A DNA stretch of 63,252 bases, filler included, from Rhabdomonas costata (Eukaryota): assembly GCA_019059605.1 (NCBI GenBank). It is 20 parts of 20 records of this genome, joined end to end, with 100 filler letters (N's around TTAATTAATTAA, not from the genome) between each part and the next. Parts side by side here need not be neighbours in the genome. Positions count along the whole stretch, not along the records: positions 9,515 to 12,583 come from JAHMHO010001439.1; positions 12,684 to 15,752 come from JAHMHO010001440.1; positions 15,853 to 18,921 come from JAHMHO010001441.1; positions 19,022 to 22,090 come from JAHMHO010001442.1; positions 22,191 to 25,261 come from JAHMHO010001443.1; 15 more parts are not named here. One strand, given 5' to 3'. A model generated the notes under the pieces. The model did not search any database, had not been told where the DNA came from, and saw nothing but the letters and a program-made list of their open reading frames with translations. Every line of letters starts with the position of its first letter. The first letter of the stretch is position 1. Positions 11,910 to 22,578 of the stretch are shown here, piece by piece. The position numbers were made by a program, and so were the translations under genes.

Positions 11910-12226
11910 TCATCGCCAGGCCCACCGTGGTTGTATGAATATGTATGCCACCTCCCCCGTGGACCCTGGAAACACACAATGGTCGCACTTCAACTCTCAG
12001 AGATTGCACAATTGAGGATCCTCTCCCTCTGAAACGAAAACAATTCTCCTCATTCCTTTGCTACGCTGTACTTATGTGCTTTTCCCGTTTGTTCCCTTCC
12101 GTTGACTTGATGCGGTTGCATTTTCTTTGCACCGGTCCCTGGACGCTCGCCGACATTGAGGTCACCACTTGTGTTGAAGGCCAACCATTTCGACCGTGGC
12201 CACTGGTACACCACACATTGGGGCGC
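11910..12226 (-). CDS. Putative last two exons of an unidentified gene
   Basis: A phase-1 GT-AG join gives PQCVVYQWPRSKWLAFNTSGDLNVGERPGTGSTGEVAYIFIQPRWAWR*. No family recognised; coordinates approximate. Confidence 0.35.
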
Positions 12227-12956
12227 TGAGGCTGCCACCAAACAAGTTTCAACAGAATCAGTTCAGATTCAGGTTGTGATAAACAATGCGGCCCCGGTCC
12301 CAGAGGGCTCCCACAGGGAATCAACCAAGATCCCACAGGGAAGCAACCAGGAGACAGCAGAAGATCGATTCCGCTCCTCCCTGCCTCCCTGCGCCCCTCA
12401 TACTAGGGGTTCCCACAAAAATGTACGGAGAACGAAAAGGGTGTACACCTCTCGGTCACGTTCCTCGCTGCGGCGACTCCTGCCGCGGGGAGGGGAGTGG
12501 GGAAGTGTACGCTGGAGGCGCTGCCCCGGCTCCGCCTCGGCGCTGGACGTCATGACGGGTGCGCTTCAAGCCACACCCACAAANNNNNNNNNNNNNNNNN
12601 NNNNNNNNNNNNNNNNNNNNNNNNNNNTTAATTAATTAANNNNNNNNNNNNNNNNNNNNNNNNNNNNNNNNNNNNNNNNNNNNCATGAAATCAATTCGCT
12701 CAAGGAAGCCGAGCATACGAAAAGGAAAGAAAAGATGCAACCAAGGAGTTAGGGGCAGTTCAGGGCAAATTAAAAAGTTGAATGGTCAAAGATACTCCAC
12801 AGGTTACAGCGAACCCAAGTGCCCAAAAGAATGAGCAATACTTCGTCTCAAAAAGGAACGCCTCGACCAGGGAAAGAGAACGTAACGAGATGAATCCCGA
12901 GCATTACGGCATCACAGCAACCTCGCCATGTTCACCGCCCCCCCCCATAGGGTACC

Positions 12957-14800
12957 TGTCCACGAGCAGCGAGTATCCCGAGGAAGACGCAGAGGCCTCG
13001 GGCACGGGATCCGGATACACGGCTGGCAGATCTTCCAGCGAAAGGTCCCCAAAGGCCAGAAAGTCCACCTCAGCTGCAGAGAAACGCCCGAGAGTACACC
13101 AGAAAACAATTAACAAAAAACAATTTTATGTAAACAAAAAGGTCAGTCTTGCATTCATCACAGCAAACCAGGGGAAAGCAAAGGATTTCGTTAAAATGTC
13201 AATCTGGACGCAAAGTCCCCAAAATCCACCCAAAAGTGCACCTCATTAGCTGAAAGATGGTCCCGACCAGCCCTGCCCTGCGAGATCTTACTACGCTGTA
13301 AGGTTGCGATGTTTTTGCAATTGTTCTGTCAGCTTCCTCAAAAGGTCTGACAGCAGTTAATTATCCCTGGACGGCCTTATACAGGGACGAGGAGTGGGTA
13401 TCTATGGAACAGACGATTCGGGACCGATTCTCATGTCAGATAAGGCAAGGTCAGTCCAAAGCAGTTCTGCAGAGGGAACGCAGGGCATAAACGACACTAA
13501 GATTGTAATAAGGGGGTACCCAAGGGAGCGGGCGTGGTGACCCACCCTGCGGGAGATTCAGAAAACGCTTCTCCCGAAAGCAACACATACGGTCGCACTG
13601 GATCTCCTCCGGGTTGGCGGCTTCTGCCGAGCGGCTTATTCCCAGGTAGTAGTCTTTGTCCTCGGTCTGTGGAGAAAAACGTGGCTGACGCAGGTGGAAC
13701 GGCATTCAGTACATCGACACATTACTGCTCCAATTCCACGAGGAGGAAAAGCAGCACCAGTAAAAGTAGAAAATGCGCGGCTCACCTCGGAATGTTCCCC
13801 CCTCCTTTTTGTTGGAATACAAGAGGCCACCAAACCATCATCAAATGGAGCACAACAGGAGACTGACTCAACGAAAGGTGGCCCAAAAATTGGGGTAAAA
13901 CCTTACCATCGCCACCTTGGCATGAGGTCAGGGCACCCAGTAGTGGGATGGTCCCAAGGCAAGGAAACCAGGGGTAGCGCTGATCACAAACCGCAATGCG
14001 GTCGAAGGAAAACCGGGTGGAGGTCTCGACGTGACAGCGGTGCAACGTCTGAGTGAACCTGGTCTCCACCTCGGCCTCGCACCGGAACACTACACTAAGC
14101 TGGGGCAGCTGAGCGTCCTCCAGGTCAATCCAGACAATGCTGTGCAAGTCCTGTTTTCCGAGAGGAGCGGGAATTGGGGTGGGGGGTTCCAGAGTGAGAG
14201 ACAACAAAACAAAAAACGAACATCACTTCAGAGCAGCGCAATCAAGGCATGGAAAGGACTGAGTGTATTGCTGACAACTTGAAAGTAAGTATAACGATCG
14301 GAGTGCACGGGTAAGACATTTTCAAGGCATCGCGGCGTAGATAAGGTGGAATAGAACCGAGCTTCTGAGACGCTACCAACCGCGCTTGTTAAACTGGCAT
14401 TGTGCAGCGCCATAAAATAGCGAATGAAAAGGACCCACTTACAAAAGGAGGCCATGCAAAAAAGCCGAAAAAGCAACTTGGCTGCTGCTTTTTCGCGTCC
14501 CATCTGATGCAAACCCAGAAGACCCCATGAAAGGCAGACGAATGAACAAGATGCCACGGGGATACCGGGTAGAACTCCAGGCCCATCTCAGGCTCCACAT
14601 CCTGGGACGCAATCTCGATCCTGTTCCTGTCCTCCACACTCAGGCGGACTGCGAAACAACCCCTCCCCCTTTCCCCGTGAACAAGGGGCACATCACATCC
14701 CCCGAGCAAGCGACAAAAAGAACACACAGTGGAAGTCTTCGCCAGGAATTTGGTACACCACAACCAGCACATCGTTGGCCACGGGGTAGAAGCGTCGGTC
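12957..14800 (-). CDS. Multi-exon hypothetical protein (internal exons)
   Basis: Several coding-like segments flanked by plausible splice sites: RFYPVANDVLVVVYQIPGEDFH, LSVEDRNRIEIASQDVEPEMGLEFYP, DLHSIVWIDLEDAQLPQLSVVFR, TEDKDYYLGISRS, EVDFLAFGDLSLEDLP. Family unknown; boundaries approximate. Confidence 0.45.
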
Positions 14801-16300
14801 TGTCTCCCTGTTGCGGCACCTGTGAATCCAACCCACACCACTTCGCCGACTACTCTGAAGCGCCCCCCCCCCCACACGCAACTGCCCAGCCAAATGCAAC
14901 GGCCGCCCAGGTGTGGTATCTCTGAAGACTAAAATTGGACAGAATTGGAACGCTCCCAGAAAAAACTGTGCAGTGGTGAAAGCCCTTATCCTTGACTAAT
15001 TCTCAATTCAATCAGGCACGTTGCTTTTGGGGGTGGAGGGCAGAAAAGGAGAACTTGAAGAAGATTCCATGAGCCGTGGCAAGCTCCCTACGGGAAGCCA
15101 CAGGGTGGGATGCCGCCGCGGCACAGGAAGGGCCTTCGGGCTTGCTTGGGGAGGAGGAAGAGGGCTGCATTATGTCAAAATGGTGGGCAAGAGAGCAACA
15201 CGAACGCAAGGCAAATGGTCTCTGTTCGGAAAATGCATAAATGACACATGGATTTCAGAGCGAAGAAGATATCCAGAGATCATGAACCTGTTTAGGGGGC
15301 ATGCATGTGCGTGAGGTGGCAAGAAATCCTGGGGTGAGGTGATGGCGAAACCGAAGACTGCATTTGGGAGAGACAGCAACTGTCAAATGATGGCGGTCAA
15401 AAACACCTGTTCAGGCCGATTTGCCACTGAGACGTAAAGGCCCCAGGAAAGTATCCCGTCGAACAAAAAGACTATTGACGCTGCAATGCTTGTCGCAGCA
15501 TTTCTTTCCAAATAATTATCATGTCATCTTTATCACAGAAATTTGTAAACGGTTGCTGGCACAATTAATTTGCCACTATGCCGCGCTCCTGTTTTCTGCC
15601 ATTCCTTTCTTGTCCCCTCTGACGTGGGACCGCTCCACAATCCGAAGAATGTGAACACACGCTGCTGAGCACAGACACCACGCAAGAATAGGCGTGAAGG
15701 AGCTGCGGACCGCGGCAGTCCATTCACTACCCAACCTTCCCTTCACCTCCCTNNNNNNNNNNNNNNNNNNNNNNNNNNNNNNNNNNNNNNNNNNNNTTAA
15801 TTAATTAANNNNNNNNNNNNNNNNNNNNNNNNNNNNNNNNNNNNNNNNNNNNGTTTGTGGGGTAATCCATGGACTGGGCTGGGCAATAGTCATCTGCATG
15901 GACTGCTGCTGCGACTGCAGCTGTGCAAGGGTCGTCAGCATCCTCAAGAAACTAAGTGTACCACCGCAAACCCAAAATTGAAATCAGAGTCAATCCCGCT
16001 TCTCTACCGTTTCTCTACTTCGGCTGCGTCGCGGATCCTCTTCTTTGACTTACAGGTGACTGACAGGTGTGTATTTTTTCTTTTCGTGTTTGTATATGTT
16101 TCCCCCGTGGTCAGCGTGTCACCACATGAAGACTGAAGAATGAAGCAGACCGGTCCTTTCACACCGACAAAGCCAGAACTTTTGCACCGACAGTGTCATA
16201 CGAGGAGCCACGGCACACCGCCCCGCCCAGCTTGAGCGTCAATTTGAGCGGCCGATGCTGTAAAAATACCTGTGGGTGAGTGGGTGGGTGGGTGGAGCAC

Positions 16301-18589
16301 CTCCAGCGGTCTCCTCCACCGATCTCGGCCTCCGTGGCCGTGCGCATTGGGGTGATTGGGGGGTGATCCCCAACGTCCACGCCCCCCTTAGGTTGCGCAA
16401 GGCCATCCGCCAGCAACTGCTGCACGTACTTCCCCCAAACTGTCACAAATGGGTCCATTACACATCAGTCTTGTACATACAACGCATACCACTCACCAGC
16501 CAGGTTTGGACTAATACTGATGACATGAGTCCATCCAATGGAATTCTCTACCGGATTTCTCCACCCGAAAGTTCTGACGAGGACGAATTCGCGTAAATTT
16601 ATAGAAAGAAGAAGTTTCTGGTGAACGGCTTTCTTAGCAGGCTGTCATAGCCGGTTTAAGGGTTTATCCGCAGCGAAATGCGCTAAAAACCACAACTGAT
16701 GACTTCCCTTTTCGCTCTCTCTTGTTTTTCACTTTCGCGCGCGCGCGAGCGCGAGCAACCAGAATTCAGAAAACGAGACAGAAAGCCGTAGGCGGACAGA
16801 TCTCCCGCGGGGCAATGGGTGCGTTGGAATCTGGCAATGACATTGAAACCTTAACCCAACCCGGCTAAATCCCAAGCTGTTAAGTCTATGTTGCTGCTCC
16901 TGCTCCTGCTCCTGCAACTGCAACTGCAACTGCAACTTTATTGAAGTACGATGTTTGCAGAGGAGGGAGGGGGCGGGGAGTGCAACGGTACTTGGATTCC
17001 GGGTGTGCTCTGCAAGCGTCCCGGCGAGGTCGAACGAGCTGGGGTACTTTGTGCTCTCCGTGCGGGGGTACGAGATGTACCCCGCCGTGTACAAAGCCTC
17101 CGCCAGCTGTGCGTGCACATGAGCGTGTCGAGTGTGTATGGGAGTAGGAAGACACACGACAACACCACTTTTCCACCCTTTGGATCAGGATAAGGGGATG
17201 GAAGGCTTCCTTCGTGGTGACAATGGACGTCTGTCTGAGGCGCCTCTGGGAGGGGTACCTGCATAGCGTGGTGGGAGCCAATGCCCAGCTTGCGCGAGGC
17301 ATCTTTCAGCAGCTCCACCGTGTTCAGAGCTCCGGGACGGGGTCTGTACCACCACAATTACGCAGAGACTCAAAGAAGGGGAACCATCACAGAGCAGGCG
17401 TTCAGTGAGGGAAGGCTTTCCTTTGTATTCGCAAAATCCTGCCAATCGGCAGCAGAATAAGAATGTGAAAACGCACCCCTGCACAATCTTAAAATGAGAG
17501 CATCTCTGTCCTTCCTATCCTCCTTCCCTCCAGGAATCAGAGACACACTTTGATTCCCGCTTGCTCTTGACATCAATGACCTTTCCGGTCTTCTGGCTTT
17601 GAACGCTCTGTGCAAGAGTTCCGCCAAGAATGAGAGTGAGCAAGACGAAGGCAACGTGTGTCCACCCACAGCGAACCAAATTGGTATGATGATTGGGATC
17701 TAGACAACAGATCACCGACATAGATGCTGAAAGAAGGTTTCGACAATGACAGATCCTGATCAGGAAACAACCCTGCAGGGGAGCAACACATAATGAAACC
17801 GATGCAAATGCGGATGACGCAGAATGCACGTTGTGTGTGTGCGTGCGTGTGAGGGTGTGTTTGGGTGCAGCATGCAGCAGAAACCCAGCATAGCAAGCAC
17901 AAAGTGTGTGAACGAAGCAAAATGACGACTGCACACACTCACCCGGTGCAGGAACTGCGCGATCTGGTAGTCAAACACACGACCGCGCTCCCACTCCAGA
18001 GGGATGGGCCAGCTTTCCTTGATGGCGGTGGGGACGATTCTCCAGAACTTCTCTGACAGACAGGTGGGCGGTAAGATCGGAAGCGGTGAGGGAGAGGGGT
18101 GTCGGGTTAAGGTCATATGCGATGTGGGACCCCGTGCATCCATGAGTCTACGAGCGTACAAAAATGCGTAAAAAAGGGAAGGGCTGCGCGCCATTATCAG
18201 TAAGAGAGAGAATGATCGCAACGGAAAGCAAAGGCGTTTGCAGGCCTGGCTTGAAGGCCAGGATCTCGTCGTGCCTTTTGACGCAAAACCCAAGCGTTGG
18301 CGTCTGGCAGGGGCCGTAGCTCACAATGCTGTGGGTCGCATCCCCCCATCCAAAGGGTAAACGCAAATACACCTGGCCGGAATTTCAATACTAATGTACT
18401 TACGGGCTCGTCTAAACGTTTCCCAACTTTGAAAGAAAGGCACCACTTGACCCCATCCCAAGTATTCCAAAACAGGACTCCAGATGACACAGAGTGAGGG
18501 CCCGACCTGGCATCCAGGTTTCCATACTTCCCTTGAAAGTACTTTGTCTGGAATCTCGTGAAAGCAACGCCCACTTTGAGGTCAAGCTC
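16301..18589 (-). CDS. TOP3B: DNA topoisomerase III beta, internal fragment of 7 exons
   Basis: Spliced: ELDLKVGVAFTRFQTKYFQGKYGNLD-SIVSYGPCQTPTLGFCVKRHDEI...LEWERGRVFD...LNTVELLKDAS...LAEALYTAGYISYPRTES (catalytic Tyr)...GDHPPITPMR. All six junctions are in frame. Confidence 0.96.
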
Positions 18590-19047
18590 CTGCGTTGGAA
18601 GTACGAGCATCACCATGAGTATTAATTCCCACAGAGTATAGGAAACAACTGCTGCGTATGACTGATAGCAAACAAATCGGAAAAAAATCCGGCAAAATCG
18701 CAAAAACCGTCCACTTGGCCATACAATTTAAAAACCGCATTTTCTTCTTTCTAACAAGCAGCCAGGATTCATCGAGTTACATCCAGCAATGCAGTGGGCA
18801 ATCGAAGTGGCAGTCATCTTGATAGATCTTAGACGGAAAAAAAAGGTCAACACAACATCACTCCTCCGCCACCTCTTCCACCACCACCACCTCACTTTCT
18901 GACGTATTCACCACCCCCAACNNNNNNNNNNNNNNNNNNNNNNNNNNNNNNNNNNNNNNNNNNNNTTAATTAATTAANNNNNNNNNNNNNNNNNNNNNNN
19001 NNNNNNNNNNNNNNNNNNNNNTGTGTTACGTGTGTTTGGGGTTTGTG

Positions 19048-22000
19048 GTCCCCAACTTCCACTCGACGCACCCCAGGACCGACTCTTACCACTGTTCCCG
19101 AAAAGTCGGTGCCGGGTGCACCCGGATCTCCTGGGTACATTCCAAGAATGTTCAGCACGTCCCGAAAATTCAACCCCACTGCCCGGACCTCAACTTCGAC
19201 CATGCCAGGTTTGAGCTCGGTTTCGTCCCTGCGCAACGGGACGATTGCAATGTTCTCCAGTGCGCCACGTGTGGTCAACTGCAATGCCATCTCGCAGCCA
19301 AGGTCAAGCCTCAGGGATTTTATGTGTGGTTTGAGAGTGACTTTGCCCTGGACGGTAACCTCCAAATCGGGGTCTTCAGTCAGGCTGTTCAAGACGCAGG
19401 CAAGTTCGGAAATGTCAGTAAGGTTCACAAGACATATGGTCAGCGTGGGCACCTCCGCCCGAACGCACCGAACGAATCCCCACAATGCGGCATGCTGGAC
19501 GCTGCCTGGAGTTGAACCTGCCAAACATTGCACGTCAAGAGTTACGACCAAAATTCGAGGAGCCGCGGTGGTGCATGCAGCAAAGTGCTGACAAATATGC
19601 ATTGTCTCGCTGATGGCTTCTTCAGAGGTACAGACAGAGCCAACAATAACAAAAATAGAATCCCATTCCTGCTCCAAGAGCACATTCGGAGTCGAACATG
19701 CAGAGGTCACGTGTGAAACGCCTTCAAGACCAGCGATTCCAGATAACAACTCACCGCCTGAACAGGGAGTCACGACAAGAACCTTTCTCCGGGAAAGAAC
19801 ATGACAGTGACGGGGGTCCTCACTAACCGGAACCCAACCCAGGGAGAAAGCCGGAAGAGCTGAAGACTCAGGAATCAGCGCATGACAACCCGAATAGAGC
19901 GAACGGCGGGCGCAAAACCCTTCAACTTTCATCACGGCATTGCCGGCCTCATCATAAAGCAAGATGTCGGCAATGATCTGGCTTCGAGCTGAGGCTCCCG
20001 ACGAAGCCGAACCAGACGGCATTGTCTCCGGAGACCGAAGCTTAGCATGTGCTCGCATCTTTGCGTTCCCACTGCGATACATCACTACTGACTCAATCGA
20101 GAACGGAATGTACAAGCCCGCCGCTTCCACACCCGCCCCGCCAGCGCCGTAAAGCACAGCAACAGAGACAAGCTGGAAAGCACCATCCAGGATCCCAGGG
20201 TACACCCCATAGTACCGCCACTCTAGCTCGGACGCGGGCACTTCCAGCTCTGCAAGGGCTTCTCCACCCTGATCGCTGACCCACACACGAGTGAGGCAGC
20301 GGAAGGCTGGGCCATATTGCAGTCCGCTGGTCGAGAGCTGGGAATAGAGTGAGTGAACATCCACGTCCACTTTGTCCCCACAAAGTGACGAAATGACCTG
20401 AGGCTCCGGGGGAGAATCATCAGTGAAACCTTTAACATGAGTGGTGCCTGCGCCGACTGCGTTGGATAAAACTTCAAATCTCGCGCCGTTCAATGTACAC
20501 TGTATTCGTGTCAAGGAAGAATCCTCTGCGGAAACAAGTGGCAAGGGCTTAACAAAGAACACTTGGCGAAGACACACCGGCCCCACAGTCCTTTTGCTCC
20601 TCTGCAAAGAAACCAACACCATTTCCAAGAATGCTGCCGCGGGAAAAAGAACTGAATCACGCACTCGATGCTCACCGAAAAGACGGAGAAGTCTAGGTCC
20701 GATGCAAACCTCGAAAGAGGTGCCTTCAGTTTGGGGATATGATGAATGAATCAAGGGGTGGGGCTGTTCTTTTCTCCAAGGTAAGAGCCTGCGCTGAAAA
20801 AGAGCAGGAGAGACAAGGTTTGGTGCAATCCCCGCTTCGCACCGTACCACAACGTGGGCGTTCGTGCCACCAAATCCGAACGAGCTCACCGAGCCACAAA
20901 CCGCGCGAGTGCTCAGCGGCCCATCAAAAAGGGCTAGTTGTTCAGTTGGGAAAACCAAAGAAAACTCGTCTGCATCGATATGGGGGTTGAGCATTGTGAG
21001 GTGAATGTTGGGGGGCACGTTCCGGTGGAGTAACACAAGAATGAGTTTGATTAACCCAACAATTCCAGCAGCGCCTTCCAGATGGCCGACGTTAGACTTA
21101 ACAGCTCCAATAACCAAGGGGTACTCCCTGGAACTGCCAAGCACACACTTCAGAGCCCCAGTTTCAATGGGGTCCCCCAGAGCGGTCCCAGTGCCATGAG
21201 CCTCGACAAACAAAAGGTCAGAAGGGGTTAAAGAGGCTGCGTTGAGTGCAGCCCGAACAGTCGCTTCCTGCGAAGGCCCATTTGGAGCAGTAAGTGTTGC
21301 CGTACGACCGTCCTGAATGACAGCCGAGCCTGCAAGCCAGAGTCCTTGAAAAGCTGGCTGGGTAGCGTCGCTTCTGGAATGTCCAGAAGCGGATATAACC
21401 AGCGCACCACAGCCTTCACCACGACCAAATCCATCCGCCGAAGCGTTGAAAACCTTGCAGCGGCCAGCCATGCTGAGCATGTGAGAGGCACACTCCTCAA
21501 TGTAGGGCTCTGGAGACAGGATCACATTGACGCCTCCCACCACGAACCGAGAGGCATCTCCTGAACGAAGCAAACGGACTGCAATATGCACTGCAGCGAG
21601 AGAAGAGCTGCAAGCTGTGTCTACGACGGCACTAGGGCCCTTCAAATCCAAGGCGAAGGAGAGACGATTGGCAATAATCGATGAGCTGTGTCCCGCGGCG
21701 CCATAGGCACCACTGGAACTCTCCAGATGATGCAAATGTGAGTAGTCGCTTCCCATGGTGCCGACAACGACCCCAGTGAAGCTATTTGCCAACATAGAAC
21801 GGCTGAGCCCAGCGCAATGCAATGCCTCATAGCCGATTTCGAGCATCATTCGTTGCTGCGGATCCATCGCAGTAGCCTCTGCAGGAGAGATCCCGAAGAA
21901 GGCAGCTTCAAAAAGGTCCAAGTCTTCCACAAAAGCCCCTTCTTTGACATATGTCTTTCCAGGGACATCAGCTTTTGCACAAAAAAACTGGTCAATGTCA

Positions 22001-22068
22001 AACCTAGCAAATGGAATTTCTGCAATGCAGTCAGTTTTTCGGATTAACATGTCCCAGAAATTCAGCAA
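19048..22068 (-). CDS. Type I modular polyketide synthase fragment: KS - DH - pseudo-KR - start of ER, no AT; truncated at both ends
   Basis: Uninterrupted ~1000-aa frame. KS motifs: MDPQQR, DTACSSS, EAHGTGT, KSNVGHLEGAAG, FGFGGTNAH. DH motifs: HRVRDSVLFP, LQYGPAF, LDGAFQ. Pseudo-KR: LWGFVRCVRAE. ER: EVRAVGLNFRDVL. Confidence 0.96.
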
Positions 22069-22477
22069 GGAATTGCTCCCCCCACAACCCNNNNNNNNNN
22101 NNNNNNNNNNNNNNNNNNNNNNNNNNNNNNNNNNTTAATTAATTAANNNNNNNNNNNNNNNNNNNNNNNNNNNNNNNNNNNNNNNNNNNNGGTGTTGGTG
22201 TTAGTCGCCTTCCAATTTTTAAAAGTCGTTTTCGATTGATTTTGCTGTCCAGCAAAAAGATTGAAGTTCAATGCTTGCGTCGGGGAGCGGGAAGAATTTT
22301 TTTGGTGAGATGAGACTTCAGAATTTTTGATGAAGTAGTGTAGCTTTTAGGGGCATTCCTTCGGCAGTGTTCCCTTTTTATTTTTGCCTCTCTTTTTCCT
22401 CATGTTGACAATTTATGATGTTCGCATGGATGTGCGCGCTGGATGGACATTTGCTGTGACGGTTCCTTTCCTTTATT

Positions 22478-22578
22478 GAAAGAGTCAGGATTAGGTCAAC
22501 TGGCCGCATCCCCCTGTCAACTGGCCGCATCCCCCTGGTATTCAGTTATTCAAAGAGTCAGGGTTAGGTAAACTGGCC
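22478..22578 (+). repeat. Short local direct repeats (GTCAACTGGCCGCATCCCC x2; AAAGAGTCAGG.TTAGGT.AACTGGCC x2)
   Basis: Visible duplications at ~22496-22535 and at ~22479 versus ~22552. Confidence 0.7.

Noticed and set aside
19023..22047. Many plus-strand ORFs over the PKS
   Set aside because: Antisense shadows of a real coding frame, with no motifs.
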